Part shown: piece by piece, positions 21,871 to 30,939 of the stretch
How the letters are laid out: every line of letters starts with the position of its first letter
How positions within the stretch are numbered: position 1 is the first letter of the stretch
The notes under the pieces: model-generated
The model's database searches: none
Told to the model about the DNA's origin: nothing
The model's input: only the letters and a program-made list of their open reading frames with translations
Program-made: the position numbers and the translations under genes
Assembly (NCBI GenBank): GCA_963712635.1
Contig: CAVQIS010000005.1
Coordinates: 44,251-108,250 of the forward strand
Source: an uncultured Actinomycetes bacterium
GTDB lineage: Bacteria > Actinomycetota > Thermoleophilia > Gaiellales > Gaiellaceae
Reading direction: 5' to 3'
DNA: 64,000 nucleotides

Positions 21871-22413
21871 CTAGTCGTCCAGGTCTTCTCGCACGAGCCC
21901 GAACAGGACGCCGTCGACCCACTCGCCGTGGCGCTGGTACGCCTTGCGCTTCGTCCCCTCGCGGATGAAGCCCGAGCGCTCCGCGTGCTGGATCGCGCGC
22001 TCGTTGAAGCCGTAGATCTCGAGCTGCAGCCGGTGGAAGTCGAGCTCGAGCAGCAGGTGGCGCTGAAAGAGCCGCGCGGCCTCGTCGGCGAGCCTGCGGC
22101 CGCGGAACTCGGGATGGATCGCGAGCCCGCCGAGATTCGCGATGCGGTTGCGCTCGTTGGCGACGTCGAAGCCCATCAGGCCGGCACGGCGCCACTCGCC
22201 GTCCTCCTCGACCTCGATCACGAAGCGGCCGGCCTTCTGCGGCTCGGCGCGTGATCGCTCGACCTCCTCGAGCACGCCGTCGCGCCCCCGGGCACGGACC
22301 GCGCGCAGGAACGGCGCGACGTCCTCGTGGTCGGAGAGCTCGAGCATGAAGTCGACGTCCTCGGCGGTTGCGCGCCGCAGCCGGAAGCCGTCGCCCGGGA
22401 CGATGTCGCTCAT
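21871..22413 (-). CDS. GNAT family N-acetyltransferase
   Basis: C-terminal part of ORF 21871..23313, from MSDIVPGDGFRLRRATAEDVDFMLEL...GLAIHPEFRGRRLADEAARLFQRHLLLELDFHRLQLEIYGFNERAIQHAERSGFIREG (acetyl-CoA-binding R/Q-x-x-G-x-A style motif). Confidence 0.8.
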   Translation of the reverse strand: MSDIVPGDGFRLRRATAEDVDFMLELSDHEDVAPFLRAVRARGRDGVLEEVERSRAEPQKAGRFVIEVEEDGEWRRAGLMGFDVANERNRIANLGGLAIHPEFRGRRLADEAARLFQRHLLLELDFHRLQLEIYGFNERAIQHAERSGFIREGTKRKAYQRHGEWVDGVLFGLVREDLDD

Positions 22414-23313
22414 GGCGCCGCTGGGACGGGCGCGCGGCGCGGCATCCGCACGACGCCCGAGCCAAAGGCCGTGCCGGTCAGGATCAGGACGAGGCCGACG
22501 ATCGCGGAGACGGTGATCGTCTCGTCGAGCAGCAGCGCGCCGTAGAAGAGGGCGGTCACGGGCAGCAGGTAGACGACGAGGCTCGCCCGCGCGGAGCCGT
22601 AGCTGTAGATCATCCGGAAGTAGATGAGCTGGCCGGCGACCGTGCCTCCGAGCGCCAGCGCCAGGACGCTCGCGATCACGCCCCAGCTCGGGTGTGTGAC
22701 CCGGCGCCTGGGTGATCCCGAGCGGCGCCAGCCAGACGGCGCCCCACGTGATCGACGCGGCGGCGAGGACGTCGTTCCGCACCTCCTTGAGGATGCTCTG
22801 CGTGTAGAGCGTCCCGACCGCGTACGCGAAGGATGCGGCGATCACGGCGAGCGTCCCGACGGCGCCCGCCAGGCCGCCCTTGGGATGCACGCCGGTGAGG
22901 ACCGCGACGCCCGCGAGCCCGAGCAGGACTCCGAAGAGCCTCACCCCGGTCGCGCTCTCGCTCTTTCGGAAGAAGAAGGCGAGGATCACGACGAAGATCG
23001 GCAGCGACGCGTTCGCGATCGCGGCCACGCCCGAGTCGATTCGCGTCTCGCCCCAGGCGATCAGCGTGAACGGCAGAGCGGTGTTGACGATGCCGAGGAT
23101 CACGGCCGCCTTCGTGATCGCGCGCAGCTGATCCCACGCCTGCCGCACACCGAGCTTGTAGACGACGAGGGCGAGCAGCGGCAGCGCGGAGAAGGCGAGC
23201 CGCAGGAACATCGTCGTCGTCGGCGCGAGCTCGTCGACCGCGATCTTGATGAACATGAACGAGGCGCCCCAGATCGCCGCGAGGAGGAGCAGGAGGGCGA
23301 CGTACCCGCGCAT
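22410..23313 (-). CDS. EamA/DMT-family transporter; one frame break near 22690
   Basis: ORF 21871..23313 N-terminus (MRGYVALLLLLAAIWGASFMFIKIAVDELAP...GETRIDSGVAAIANASLPIFVVILAFFF), C-terminus in ORF 22410..22679 (SARASLVVYLLPVTALFYGALLLDETITV...). ATGA overlap with the GNAT gene. Length = 1 mod 3. Confidence 0.8.
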
Positions 23314-23408
23314 CCAGGCAGGCTAGCGGTCGGCTTCCAGGTCGCAGAGCCGCCCGAGACCGACGAGCGGGACGGCTCTCATCCCGGCCCATCGCTAGAC
23401 TCGAATCC

Positions 23409-25484
23409 CTGACGCGGGTCGCCGAACAGCCGCTCCACCGCGCCCTCGGGCTGACCGACGGGGAGCTCGACCGTATCCGGGAGCTGATGGAGCGCGAGCC
23501 GAACCACTTCGAGCTCGCTGTCTTCTCGCTGCTCTGGTCGGAGCACTGCGGCTACAAGCACTCGGCGCTCCTGCTCAGGCGCTTTCCGACCGATTCGCCG
23601 CGCGTCCTGCAAGGCCCCGGCGAGAACGCCGGGGTCATCGACCTCGGCGACGGCGAGGCGGTCGCCTTCAAGGTCGAGAGCCACAACCATCCGTCCGCGG
23701 TCGAGCCGTTCCAGGGCGCGGCGACCGGGGTCGGCGGGATCCTGCGCGACATCATCGCGATGGGCGCGCGGCCGGTCGCCCTGTTGGACGGGCTCCGCTT
23801 CGGCGAGCCGGGCTGGATGTTCGAGCGCGCCGTGGCCGGGATCGGCCACTACGGGAACTGCGTCGGCGTCCCGACGGTCGGCGGCGAGACCGTGTTCGAC
23901 GACTCCTACGCGAACAACTGCCTGGTCAACGCCATGTGCGTGGGCCTCCTCCCCACCGAGCGCGTGCTCAAGGCCCAGGCGCGCGGCACCGGCAACGTCG
24001 TCCTCCTCTACGGGGCGACAACGGGCCGCGACGGGATCGGCGGAGCCAGCGTGCTCGCGAGCCAGGAGCTGGGCGAGGAGGATGCGGACAAGCGGCCGTC
24101 GGTGCAGGTCGGCGACCCGTTCACCGGCAAGAAGCTGATCGAGTCGAGCCTCGAGCTCGTGGAGCGCGACCTCGTCGTCTCGCTGCAGGACTGCGGCGCG
24201 GCGGGGCTCGCGTCGTCGCTCGGCGAGATGGCGCGCGGCGGGGGCGGGATCGACGTCCACCTCGACCGCGTCCCGCTCCGCGAAGAGGAGATGGAGCCCT
24301 GGGAGATCATGATCTCGGAGAGCCAGGAGCGGATGGTCGCGGTCGTTCGCCCCGAGAACCTGTCCGCGGTCGAGGAGGTCTGCGACCGCTGGGAGCTCGA
24401 CCACGCGGCGATCGGCGAGGTGACCGAGACCGGCGAGCTCCGCGCGTTCTACGACGACGAGGTCGTCGGGGCGATCCCGGCCGCGTACCTCACCGACGAA
24501 GCTCCGCGCTACGAGGTCGCCCGGCAGCCGCGGCAGCCCGCTCGAGCCGGCGCCGCCGCCCAGCGGCCCGCCGACCCGGCAGGCGCTCCTCGACCTCCTG
24601 GCCTCGCCGAACCTCCGCAGCCGCTCCTGGATCTACCGCCGCTACGACCAGCTCGTCGGCTCACGAACGATCCGCCGTCCGGGGCTCGACGCCGCGGTCA
24701 TTCGGCTGAGCCCGTCGTACCGCGGCCTTGCGGTCAGCCTCGACGGCTCCGGCCGGATCGCGCGCCTCGATCCGCACACGGGCGGCGCGCTGGCCGTCCT
24801 CGAGGCCGCGCGGAACGTCGCCTGCGCGGGCGGAGAGCCGCTCGCGATCACCGACTGCCTCAACTTCGGGAATCCCGAGAAGCCCGAGATCGCCTGGGAG
24901 CTCGCGGAGGCGATCGAGGGCATGTCCGCCGCCTGCGAGGCGCTCGGGATTCCCGTCGTCTCGGGCAACGTCTCGCTCTACAACGACACGGACGGGCGCT
25001 CGATCCACCCCACGCCGGTGGTCGGCTGCGTCGGGCTCGTCCCGGACGTGCGGCGAGTTCCCGGCGCATGGCAGGAGGGAGACACGATCTACCTCGCCGG
25101 CGAGCCGCAGCTCTCGTTCGACGGCTCCGAGTACCAGGCGCTCTACGGGCGGCTCGAGGGCACCCCAGCGCCGCTCGACCTGACGACCGAGGCCGAGTCT
25201 CGTCAGGCAGCTCCACGAGCTCGCGCCGCGCTGCTCGCTCGTCCACGACGTCTCCGAAGGAGGCCTGGCGGTCGCGCTCGCCGAGGCTGCCATCGCAAGC
25301 GGGATCGGCGCCGAGGTCGACCTGCCCGACGATCGCGCTCGCCCTCTTCGGCGAAGGCGGCGGACGGGCGGTCCTCGCCTCGAGCGAGGAGCTCCCGTTC
25401 CCGCGCATCGGGCGGGTCGGGGGCGATACGCTCCTCTCTCTTTCGATCGAGGACTTGCGGCAGGCCTACGAGGTGACTTCCTAG
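23409..25484 (+). CDS. purL: phosphoribosylformylglycinamidine synthase subunit II; at least 3 frame breaks (about 24530, 25200, 25330); 5' end unresolved
   Basis: ORF 23487..25484: FSLLWSEHCGYKHS, AVAFKVESHNHPSAVEPFQGAATGVGGILRD, GETVFD, VQVGDPF, ISESQERM. The middle part is in ORF 24922..25476 (ACEALGIPVVSGNVSLYN). Family-like residues (HRALGLTDGELDRIRELM) precede 23487, but no ATG/GTG/TTG is in frame there. Confidence 0.85.
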   Translation: MTRVAEQPLHRALGLTDGELDRIRELMEREPNHFELAVFSLLWSEHCGYKHSALLLRRFPTDSPRVLQGPGENAGVIDLGDGEAVAFKVESHNHPSAVEPFQGAATGVGGILRDIIAMGARPVALLDGLRFGEPGWMFERAVAGIGHYGNCVGVPTVGGETVFDDSYANNCLVNAMCVGLLPTERVLKAQARGTGNVVLLYGATTGRDGIGGASVLASQELGEEDADKRPSVQVGDPFTGKKLIESSLELVERDLVVSLQDCGAAGLASSLGEMARGGGGIDVHLDRVPLREEEMEPWEIMISESQERMVAVVRPENLSAVEEVCDRWELDHAAIGEVTETGELRAFYDDEVVGAIPAAYLTDEAPRYEVARQPRQPARAGAAAQRPADPAGAPRPPGLAEPPQPLLDLPPLRPARRLTNDPPSGARRRGHSAEPVVPRPCGQPRRLRPDRAPRSAHGRRAGRPRGRAERRLRGRRAARDHRLPQLRESREARDRLGARGGDRGHVRRLRGARDSRRLGQRLALQRHGRALDPPHAGGRLRRARPGRAASSRRMAGGRHDLPRRRAAALVRRLRVPGALRAARGHPSAARPDDRGRVSSGSSTSSRRAARSSTTSPKEAWRSRSPRLPSQAGSAPRSTCPTIALALFGEGGGRAVLASSEELPFPRIGRVGGDTLLSLSIEDLRQAYEVTS

Positions 25485-25486
25485 CG

Positions 25487-26878
25487 ATGTGTGGGGTCTT
25501 CGGCATCCGCGCTCCCGAGCGCGACGTCGCGCGCGTGACCTTCTTCGGGCTGTTCGCGCTCCAGCACCGCGGGCAGGAGTCGGCGGGCATCGCCGTCTCG
25601 GACGCGGGCCGGCTCACCGTCCTGCGCGACATGGGCCTCGTCGCCCAGGTCTTCGACGAGCAGAACCTGAGCGGCCTCCAGGGCGAGGTCGCGATCGGCC
25701 ACACGCGCTACTCGACGACCGGCTCGACGCAGTGGACGAACGCACAGCCGATCGTCCAGCACGGGCGCACGCGCACCGTGACGCTCGGCCACAACGGCAA
25801 CCTCACGAACACGCAGGAGCTCCGAGACGAGCTGGCCGCAGAGGGAATCACGCTCTCGACCACGTCCGACACCGAAGTGATCGCCGCGCTGATCGCGAAC
25901 GACCCGGCTCCGCTCGTCGAGGCGGTCGCGAACACCATGGCGCAGGCTCGAAGGCGCCTACACGATCGTCGCGCTCGCCGAGGGCAAGCTGATCGGCTTC
26001 CGCGACCCGTACGGCTTCCGGCCGCTCAACCTCGGCTCGATCGACGGCGACCCGGTGCTCGCGTCCGAGACGTGCGCCCTCGACCTGGTCGGCGCCAAGC
26101 ACGAGCGCGAGGTTGCTCCCGGGGAGCTCGTCCTGATCGACGAGCAAGGCGTCCACGAGACGCAGGCCGTCCGCCAGGCGGGCGACGGCGCGCTCTGCCT
26201 CTTCGAGTTCATCTACCTGGCCCGTCCGGACTCCTTGCTCTCGGGCATCGAGGTGCACGCCGCCCGCGTGCGCATGGGCGAGCGGCTCGCCGAAGGAGGC
26301 GCCGGCCGAGGCCGACCTCGTCATGCCCGCCCCCGACTCGGGCACCCCGGCGGCGATCGGGTTCTCACGCGGCGAGCGGGATCCCCTTCTCGGAAGGCCT
26401 GATCAAGAACCGCTACGTCGGCCGGACGTTCATCGAGCCCGACGAGGGGCTCCGCGAGCAGGGCATCCGCCTCAAGTTCAACCCGCTGTCCGAGGTCGCC
26501 GGCAAGCGCGTCGTCCTCGTCGACGACTCGATCGTCCGCGGGAACACGACCCGGCAGGATCGTCGAAGCTGCTCTTCGACGCCGGCGCCCAGGAGGTGCA
26601 CGTCAGGATCTCCGCGCCGCCGATCGTCTCGCCCGTGCTTCTACGGCATCGATTTCGCCGACGAGGAGCAGCTCGTCGCGGCGTCGCGGACGGTCGAGGG
26701 GGTGCAGGAGCAGATCGGCGCGACCTCGCTCGCATACATCACGCTGGAAGGCGTTCAGGAGGCGACGACGCGGCCGGCCAGCGAGATGTGCCGCGCCTGC
26801 TTCACGCGCGACTACCCGACGCGCATCCCGGCCGACAAGACCCTCGCCAAGTTCCGATTCGAGCCTAGTCGCGCGTAA
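25487..26878 (+). CDS. purF: amidophosphoribosyltransferase; six single-base insertions resolved
   Basis: MCGVFGI (N-terminal Cys nucleophile), FALQHRGQESAGIA, IGHTRYSTTG, GHNGNLTN. The middle part is in ORF 26055..26402 (LASETCALDLVGAK...CLFEFIYLARPDS). Then GLIKNRYVGRTFIEP, VVLVDDSIVRGNTTRQ and PCFYGIDF. Extra bases at about 25946, 26295, 26371, 26558, 26565 and 26635. Confidence 0.9.
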   Translation: MCGVFGIRAPERDVARVTFFGLFALQHRGQESAGIAVSDAGRLTVLRDMGLVAQVFDEQNLSGLQGEVAIGHTRYSTTGSTQWTNAQPIVQHGRTRTVTLGHNGNLTNTQELRDELAAEGITLSTTSDTEVIAALIANDPAPLVEAVANTMAQARRRLHDRRARRGQADRLPRPVRLPAAQPRLDRRRPGARVRDVRPRPGRRQARARGCSRGARPDRRARRPRDAGRPPGGRRRALPLRVHLPGPSGLLALGHRGARRPRAHGRAARRRRRRPRPTSSCPPPTRAPRRRSGSHAASGIPFSEGLIKNRYVGRTFIEPDEGLREQGIRLKFNPLSEVAGKRVVLVDDSIVRGNTTRQDRRSCSSTPAPRRCTSGSPRRRSSRPCFYGIDFADEEQLVAASRTVEGVQEQIGATSLAYITLEGVQEATTRPASEMCRACFTRDYPTRIPADKTLAKFRFEPSRA

Positions 26879-26903
26879 GAGAACGTATTAGCATCCCAGC
26901 GGC

Positions 26904-28326
26904 GTGAAGATCCCCCGCCGACTCGTGCTTCTGCTTGCGATCTTCGCGAGCCTCGTGGTGGTCCACTCCGCAGCGGCGACGAACTCGCCGAACATGCGGC
27001 TCGACTACAGCCTCAACGACACGACTTCGGGGCGGACGCACTCGGACCTCGCCTTCTGGGGCAACATCATGGTCGCCGGCAACTACGACGGCTTCCGGGT
27101 CGTCGACACGAACACGCACGAGTTGCTCACGTACTTCCCGTGCCGCGGCCCGCAGAACGACGTCGTCGCTCTTCGGCAACGACGGCCACCTCTACCTGTT
27201 CCTTTCGAACGACACGCCCCAGACAGCGGGCGACGTGACGTGCAGCCCCAACCGGACGAGCGACACGACCGCGTGCGGAGAGGCGTGCTTCGAAGGGATC
27301 CGCATCTTCAACATGGACAACCCGGCCCAGCCCCAGCTGCTGAAGGCCGTGTACACGGATTGCGGGTCGCACACCCACACGCTGGTCCCGGACCTCGCGA
27401 ACAACCGCGTCCTGCTCTACATCTCCTCGTACCCGTCGGGGACAGGTCCGCGCTGCCAGCCGCCTTTCGAGAAGATCTCGATCGTCGGCGTTCCGCTCGA
27501 CAACATCCAGGGCGCAAGCGTGATCGCCCAGCCGCACATCGACGCGCCACCGTATGCCTGGGGCACCGGCTGCCACGACATCACCGTGTTCCTGCCGATC
27601 CACCGGGCGGCCGCGTCGTGTCAGACACAGGGTCAGCTCTGGGACATCACCGATCCGGCCAACCCGGACACGGCCCATCCGCTCCAACGGTTCGTACGAC
27701 AGCACCGTGGACTTCTGGCACTCCTCCGAGTTCACCTGGGATGGGCAGTACGTCACCTTCGACGACGAGAGCTCAGGGAAATGACTTCTGCAACGCCGGC
27801 AACAACGGGCAGATCCGGACCTATCGGGTCAGCGACGGCCAATTCATGAGCCAGTACATGATCCCGCGCTCGCAGGGCGGGTCGTACTGCTCGGTGCACA
27901 ACGGGACGTACATCCCCGTCGCCGGGCGCTATCTACCTGGTCGCCGCCTGGTACGCAGGCGGGACGAGCGTGATCGACCTGACGAATCCGACGAGCCCGC
28001 ATGAGATCGCGTACTACGACGCCACGGGAAGTCCCGCAGCGTCGGACGCATGGTCCTCGTACTGGTACAACGGCAAGATCTACACGAACGACATCCGGCG
28101 CGGGCAGGACGTCTTCGACTTCCTCACGCCGACGGACCCCTTCGGCATGACGTTCGACCACCTGAACGCGCAGACCCAGGAAATCGTCCTGCCGCGGATC
28201 TCGTTCTCCAAGCCTGCCGTTCATGAGCGCCACGGCGCCCTGACGGGCCGACCGGCCCGCCAGGGACGCCTATCGCGCGCTACTGCTCGAGAACTCGGCT
28301 CGCCTTCGCGACGCCACGCGAGATGA
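26904..28326 (+). CDS. secreted LVIVD-repeat-like beta-propeller protein; 4 frame breaks; 3' end uncertain
   Basis: Signal peptide MKIPRRLVLLLAIFASLVVVHSAAA. Repeats of the type FRVVDTN / IRIFNMDNPAQP / LWDITDPANPD / SVIDLTNPTSP. Successive pieces lie in ORFs 26904 (frame 0), 26935 (1), 27554 (2), 26904 (0) and 27970 (1). Confidence 0.55.
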
Positions 28327-28537
28327 GATACGCCGCGGTGACCACGGTCGCCGCGGTCATGAAGGCGCCGGCGTCGACGTGGTCGTCGATGAGGGCGATC
28401 AGCGCGAAGACGAACAGCACGATCACGTAGACGATGAACTCCGCGTTGCCGGGAACCGGCATCCGTGCGAAGTCGAGCGTCGTCCCCGGCTGGTAGCCGT
28501 AGCTCGAGCGTGACGATTGCTCGGGCGGTGTCGCCAT
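28280..28537 (-). CDS. small membrane protein, unknown function
   Basis: Intact ORF (85 aa) preceded by a strong ribosome-binding site (AAAGGAGAAC, then ATG). Two hydrophobic helices: FIVYVIVLFVFALIALI and AFMTAATVVTAAYLI. Confidence 0.6.
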   Translation of the reverse strand: MATPPEQSSRSSYGYQPGTTLDFARMPVPGNAEFIVYVIVLFVFALIALIDDHVDAGAFMTAATVVTAAYLISRGVAKASRVLEQ

Positions 28538-28590
28538 GCGTTCTCCTTTCGGGCCTGTCTGGTTTCGGTGCTTGCGTGATCGTAAAAGAG

Positions 28591-29454
28591 TCAGGCCTGT
28601 CCTGATAGCTCGTTGGCTCGTCCGTAGCGGACAGCGCGCTTGACCGAGCGCGGATCCAGGCCCCGTTCGAGCAGCTCCTGGCGCAGCTCACCTTCCTGCG
28701 CGAGCTTGAGAAAGAGCCACGCCAGCGCCCCGATCGTGACGATCGAGCCCTCGACCATCATCACCCCGCCGGCGATTCCCTGGTCCGCGGCCGCGGAGAG
28801 CCCCCAGGGCCGTGCCGCGTTCTCGTAGAAGCCGTAGAACGGGGCTCCCGACCAGACGAAGACGTTCCCGAGGACCGTGGAGACGACCCGGACGCCCACG
28901 ACGTACCCCATCTTCGCGCCGGTCCCGAACCACTCCGGGCCGGGCAGCACCTCGATCACGGTCGCCCACATCAGCGCACCGGCGGTGAAGAAGCATGCGT
29001 GCTCGAGGGCGTGCACCGCCTGGTGCCGAAGCGCGGCTTCCCAGAAGGTCGGCAGGTGCCAGAGGACGAGGTTGAGCGTCCAGATCGGCAGCGACACGAA
29101 CGGGTGCGTGAGGAATCGCAGCGCCCGCACGGCGCGAATGGACAGGATCGGCCGGAGCAGCGGGCCGGTCAGTCCGGCGACGATGCAGAGCGGGGCGAGG
29201 TCGCCGAGCAGCAGGTGCTGGACCATGTGGAAGGCGAAGGACTCCTCCTCGCCGAGCGTCGCGATCGGCGAGACGAGCGCCACGACCACGAGGGCGAGAC
29301 CGAGCGAGAACAGGAAGTAGCGCCACTCCGCGACAGGCGTGCCCTTGCGCGCGAGCGTGCGGGCGCGCTTCCAGTAGAGGATCGCGCCGACTACGACCGG
29401 CACGAGCTGGAGCGGCTCGAACGACCACGTCGTGCCGGCGGAGTGGGCGAGCAT
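28591..29454 (-). CDS. ctaG: cytochrome c oxidase assembly factor CtaG (Caa3_CtaG family membrane protein)
   Basis: Within ORF 28591..29610, from MLAHSAGTTWSFEPLQLVPVVVGAILYW. Multi-pass membrane protein with FAFHMVQHLLLGDLAPL, ALEHACFFTAGALMW and GGVMMVEGSI, typical of the Bacillus-type CtaG family. Confidence 0.7.
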   Translation of the reverse strand: MLAHSAGTTWSFEPLQLVPVVVGAILYWKRARTLARKGTPVAEWRYFLFSLGLALVVVALVSPIATLGEEESFAFHMVQHLLLGDLAPLCIVAGLTGPLLRPILSIRAVRALRFLTHPFVSLPIWTLNLVLWHLPTFWEAALRHQAVHALEHACFFTAGALMWATVIEVLPGPEWFGTGAKMGYVVGVRVVSTVLGNVFVWSGAPFYGFYENAARPWGLSAAADQGIAGGVMMVEGSIVTIGALAWLFLKLAQEGELRQELLERGLDPRSVKRAVRYGRANELSGQA

Positions 29455-29498
29455 GTGCCCCGAGTGTAGGGCCGCCGGGCCGAATAGACTCGTCAGAG

Positions 29499-30405
29499 GT
29501 GGAGGGTAAGACGTACGAGGCGGCAGGGGTCTCGCTCGCGCTCGCCGACTCGGTCGTCGAGCGTCTGCGCGCGGCCGTCGAGTCGACCGGCACGACCGGG
29601 TTCGGAGCATTCGCCGGGCTCCACCCGCTCGATGACGACCGCTTCCTGGCCGCCTCGATGGACGGGGCCGGCACGAAGCTGATCCTCGCGCGCAAGGCAG
29701 GGCGGCTGCGCGGGATCGGGGCCGATCTCGCCGCGCACTGCATCAACGACGTGATCACGACCGGAGCGGAGCCGCTCTTCTTCCTCGACTACGTGGTCGG
29801 GCACTCGCTCTCGCTCGAGCAGGTCGCGGAGCTGGTCGAGGGCGCGGCGGAGACGTGCCGCGCGGCAGGCTGCGCGCTCCTCGGCGGCGAGACGGCCGAG
29901 ATGCCGGGCGTCTACCGGGAGGAGGAGCTCGACTTCGCCGGGACGTGCGTCGGGCTCGTCGCGCGCGACCAAGTGATCGACGGCTCGCGCGTGGAGCCCG
30001 GCGACGTCGTGCTCGGGCTCCCGTCGCTCGGGCTGCACACGAACGGCTATTCGCTCGTCCGCGCGCTGATCGGCGACGGCGAGCTCGACGCGGATCTGCT
30101 GCTCGCGCCGCACAAGCTCTACGTGGACGAGGTGCGCGAGCTGAAGAAGCAGGCCGACGTCAAGGCGCTCGCGCACGTCACGGGCGGCGGGATCCTCGGC
30201 AACCTCACGCGTGTGCTCCCCGAAGGGCGCGGCGTCGGAGCTCGACTGGGGCTCCTGGGAGCGGCCCGCCGTCTTCGACTGGCTCACCAATCAGGGCGTG
30301 AGCGAGGAGGAGCAGCGGCGCGTCTTCAACGTCGGGATCGGGATGTGCGCCGTCGTGCCCGAGTCGGACGCGCCCGCCGGACAGGTGATCGGGCGGATCA
30401 CGTGA
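29499..30405 (+). CDS. purM: phosphoribosylformylglycinamidine cyclo-ligase (AIR synthetase); one frame break near 30235
   Basis: ORF 29499..32474 N-terminus: TYEAAGVSLALADSVV...MDGAGTKLILA...DLAAHCINDVITTGAEPLFFLDY...GGETAEMPGVY...HTNGYSLVR...AHVTGGG. The C-terminus is in ORF 30211..30405 (WERPAVFDWL...RVFNVGIGMCAVV). Length = 1 mod 3. Confidence 0.9.
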
Positions 30406-30939
30406 TCGGCGTCCTCGTCTCGGGAGAGGGGACGAACCTGCAGGCGCTGATCGACGAGGGGCTGCCGATCGCCGCGGTCGCGTCGAACAGAGCGGATGCA
30501 AAGGCGCTCGAGCGCGCGGAGTCCGCAGGCATCCCGACGGCCGCGTTCGAGCTCGACGACTACGACAGCCGCGAGCAGCGCGACGCCGCGATGGCCGACT
30601 GGCTCGTCGGCCACGGGGTCACGCTCGTCGTCTGCGCGGGCTACATGCATCTGCTGCGGCCGACGTTCCTCGAGCGCTTCGAGCGAATCGTGAACACCCA
30701 CTCCGCACCGCTCCCCGACTTCCCGGGCGCACACCCGATCGAGGACGTGCTCGCCGCGGGCGTGCCCGAGACTGCAGCGACGGTGCACTACGTCGACGAG
30801 GGCGTCGACACGGGGCCCGTGATCACGGCCGAGCGGGTGCCCGTGCACGAGGACGACACCGTCGAGACGCTCCGCGCGCGCGTGCAGGCGGTCGAGCATC
30901 GGCTGCTGCCGAAGGCCGTCAGAGGAGCTGATCTCGTGA
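30402..30939 (+). CDS. purN: phosphoribosylglycinamide formyltransferase; probable single extra base near 30921
   Basis: GTG 30402 overlaps the purM stop (GTGA). Motifs: VIGVLVSGEGTNLQALID, LVVCAGYMHLL, IVNTHSAPLPDFPGAHP, ATVHYVDEGVDTGPVI, VEHRLLP. Removing one base near 30921 gives ...KAVEELIS, with TGA at 30937-30939 inside a GTGA junction. Confidence 0.8.

Noticed and set aside
23313-23487. A canonical start codon for purL.
   Set aside because: purL-like residues extend to about 23391, but no ATG/GTG/TTG occurs in that frame or, nearby, in the other two. An inserted base may have destroyed the start, so the 5' end is left approximate rather than invented.
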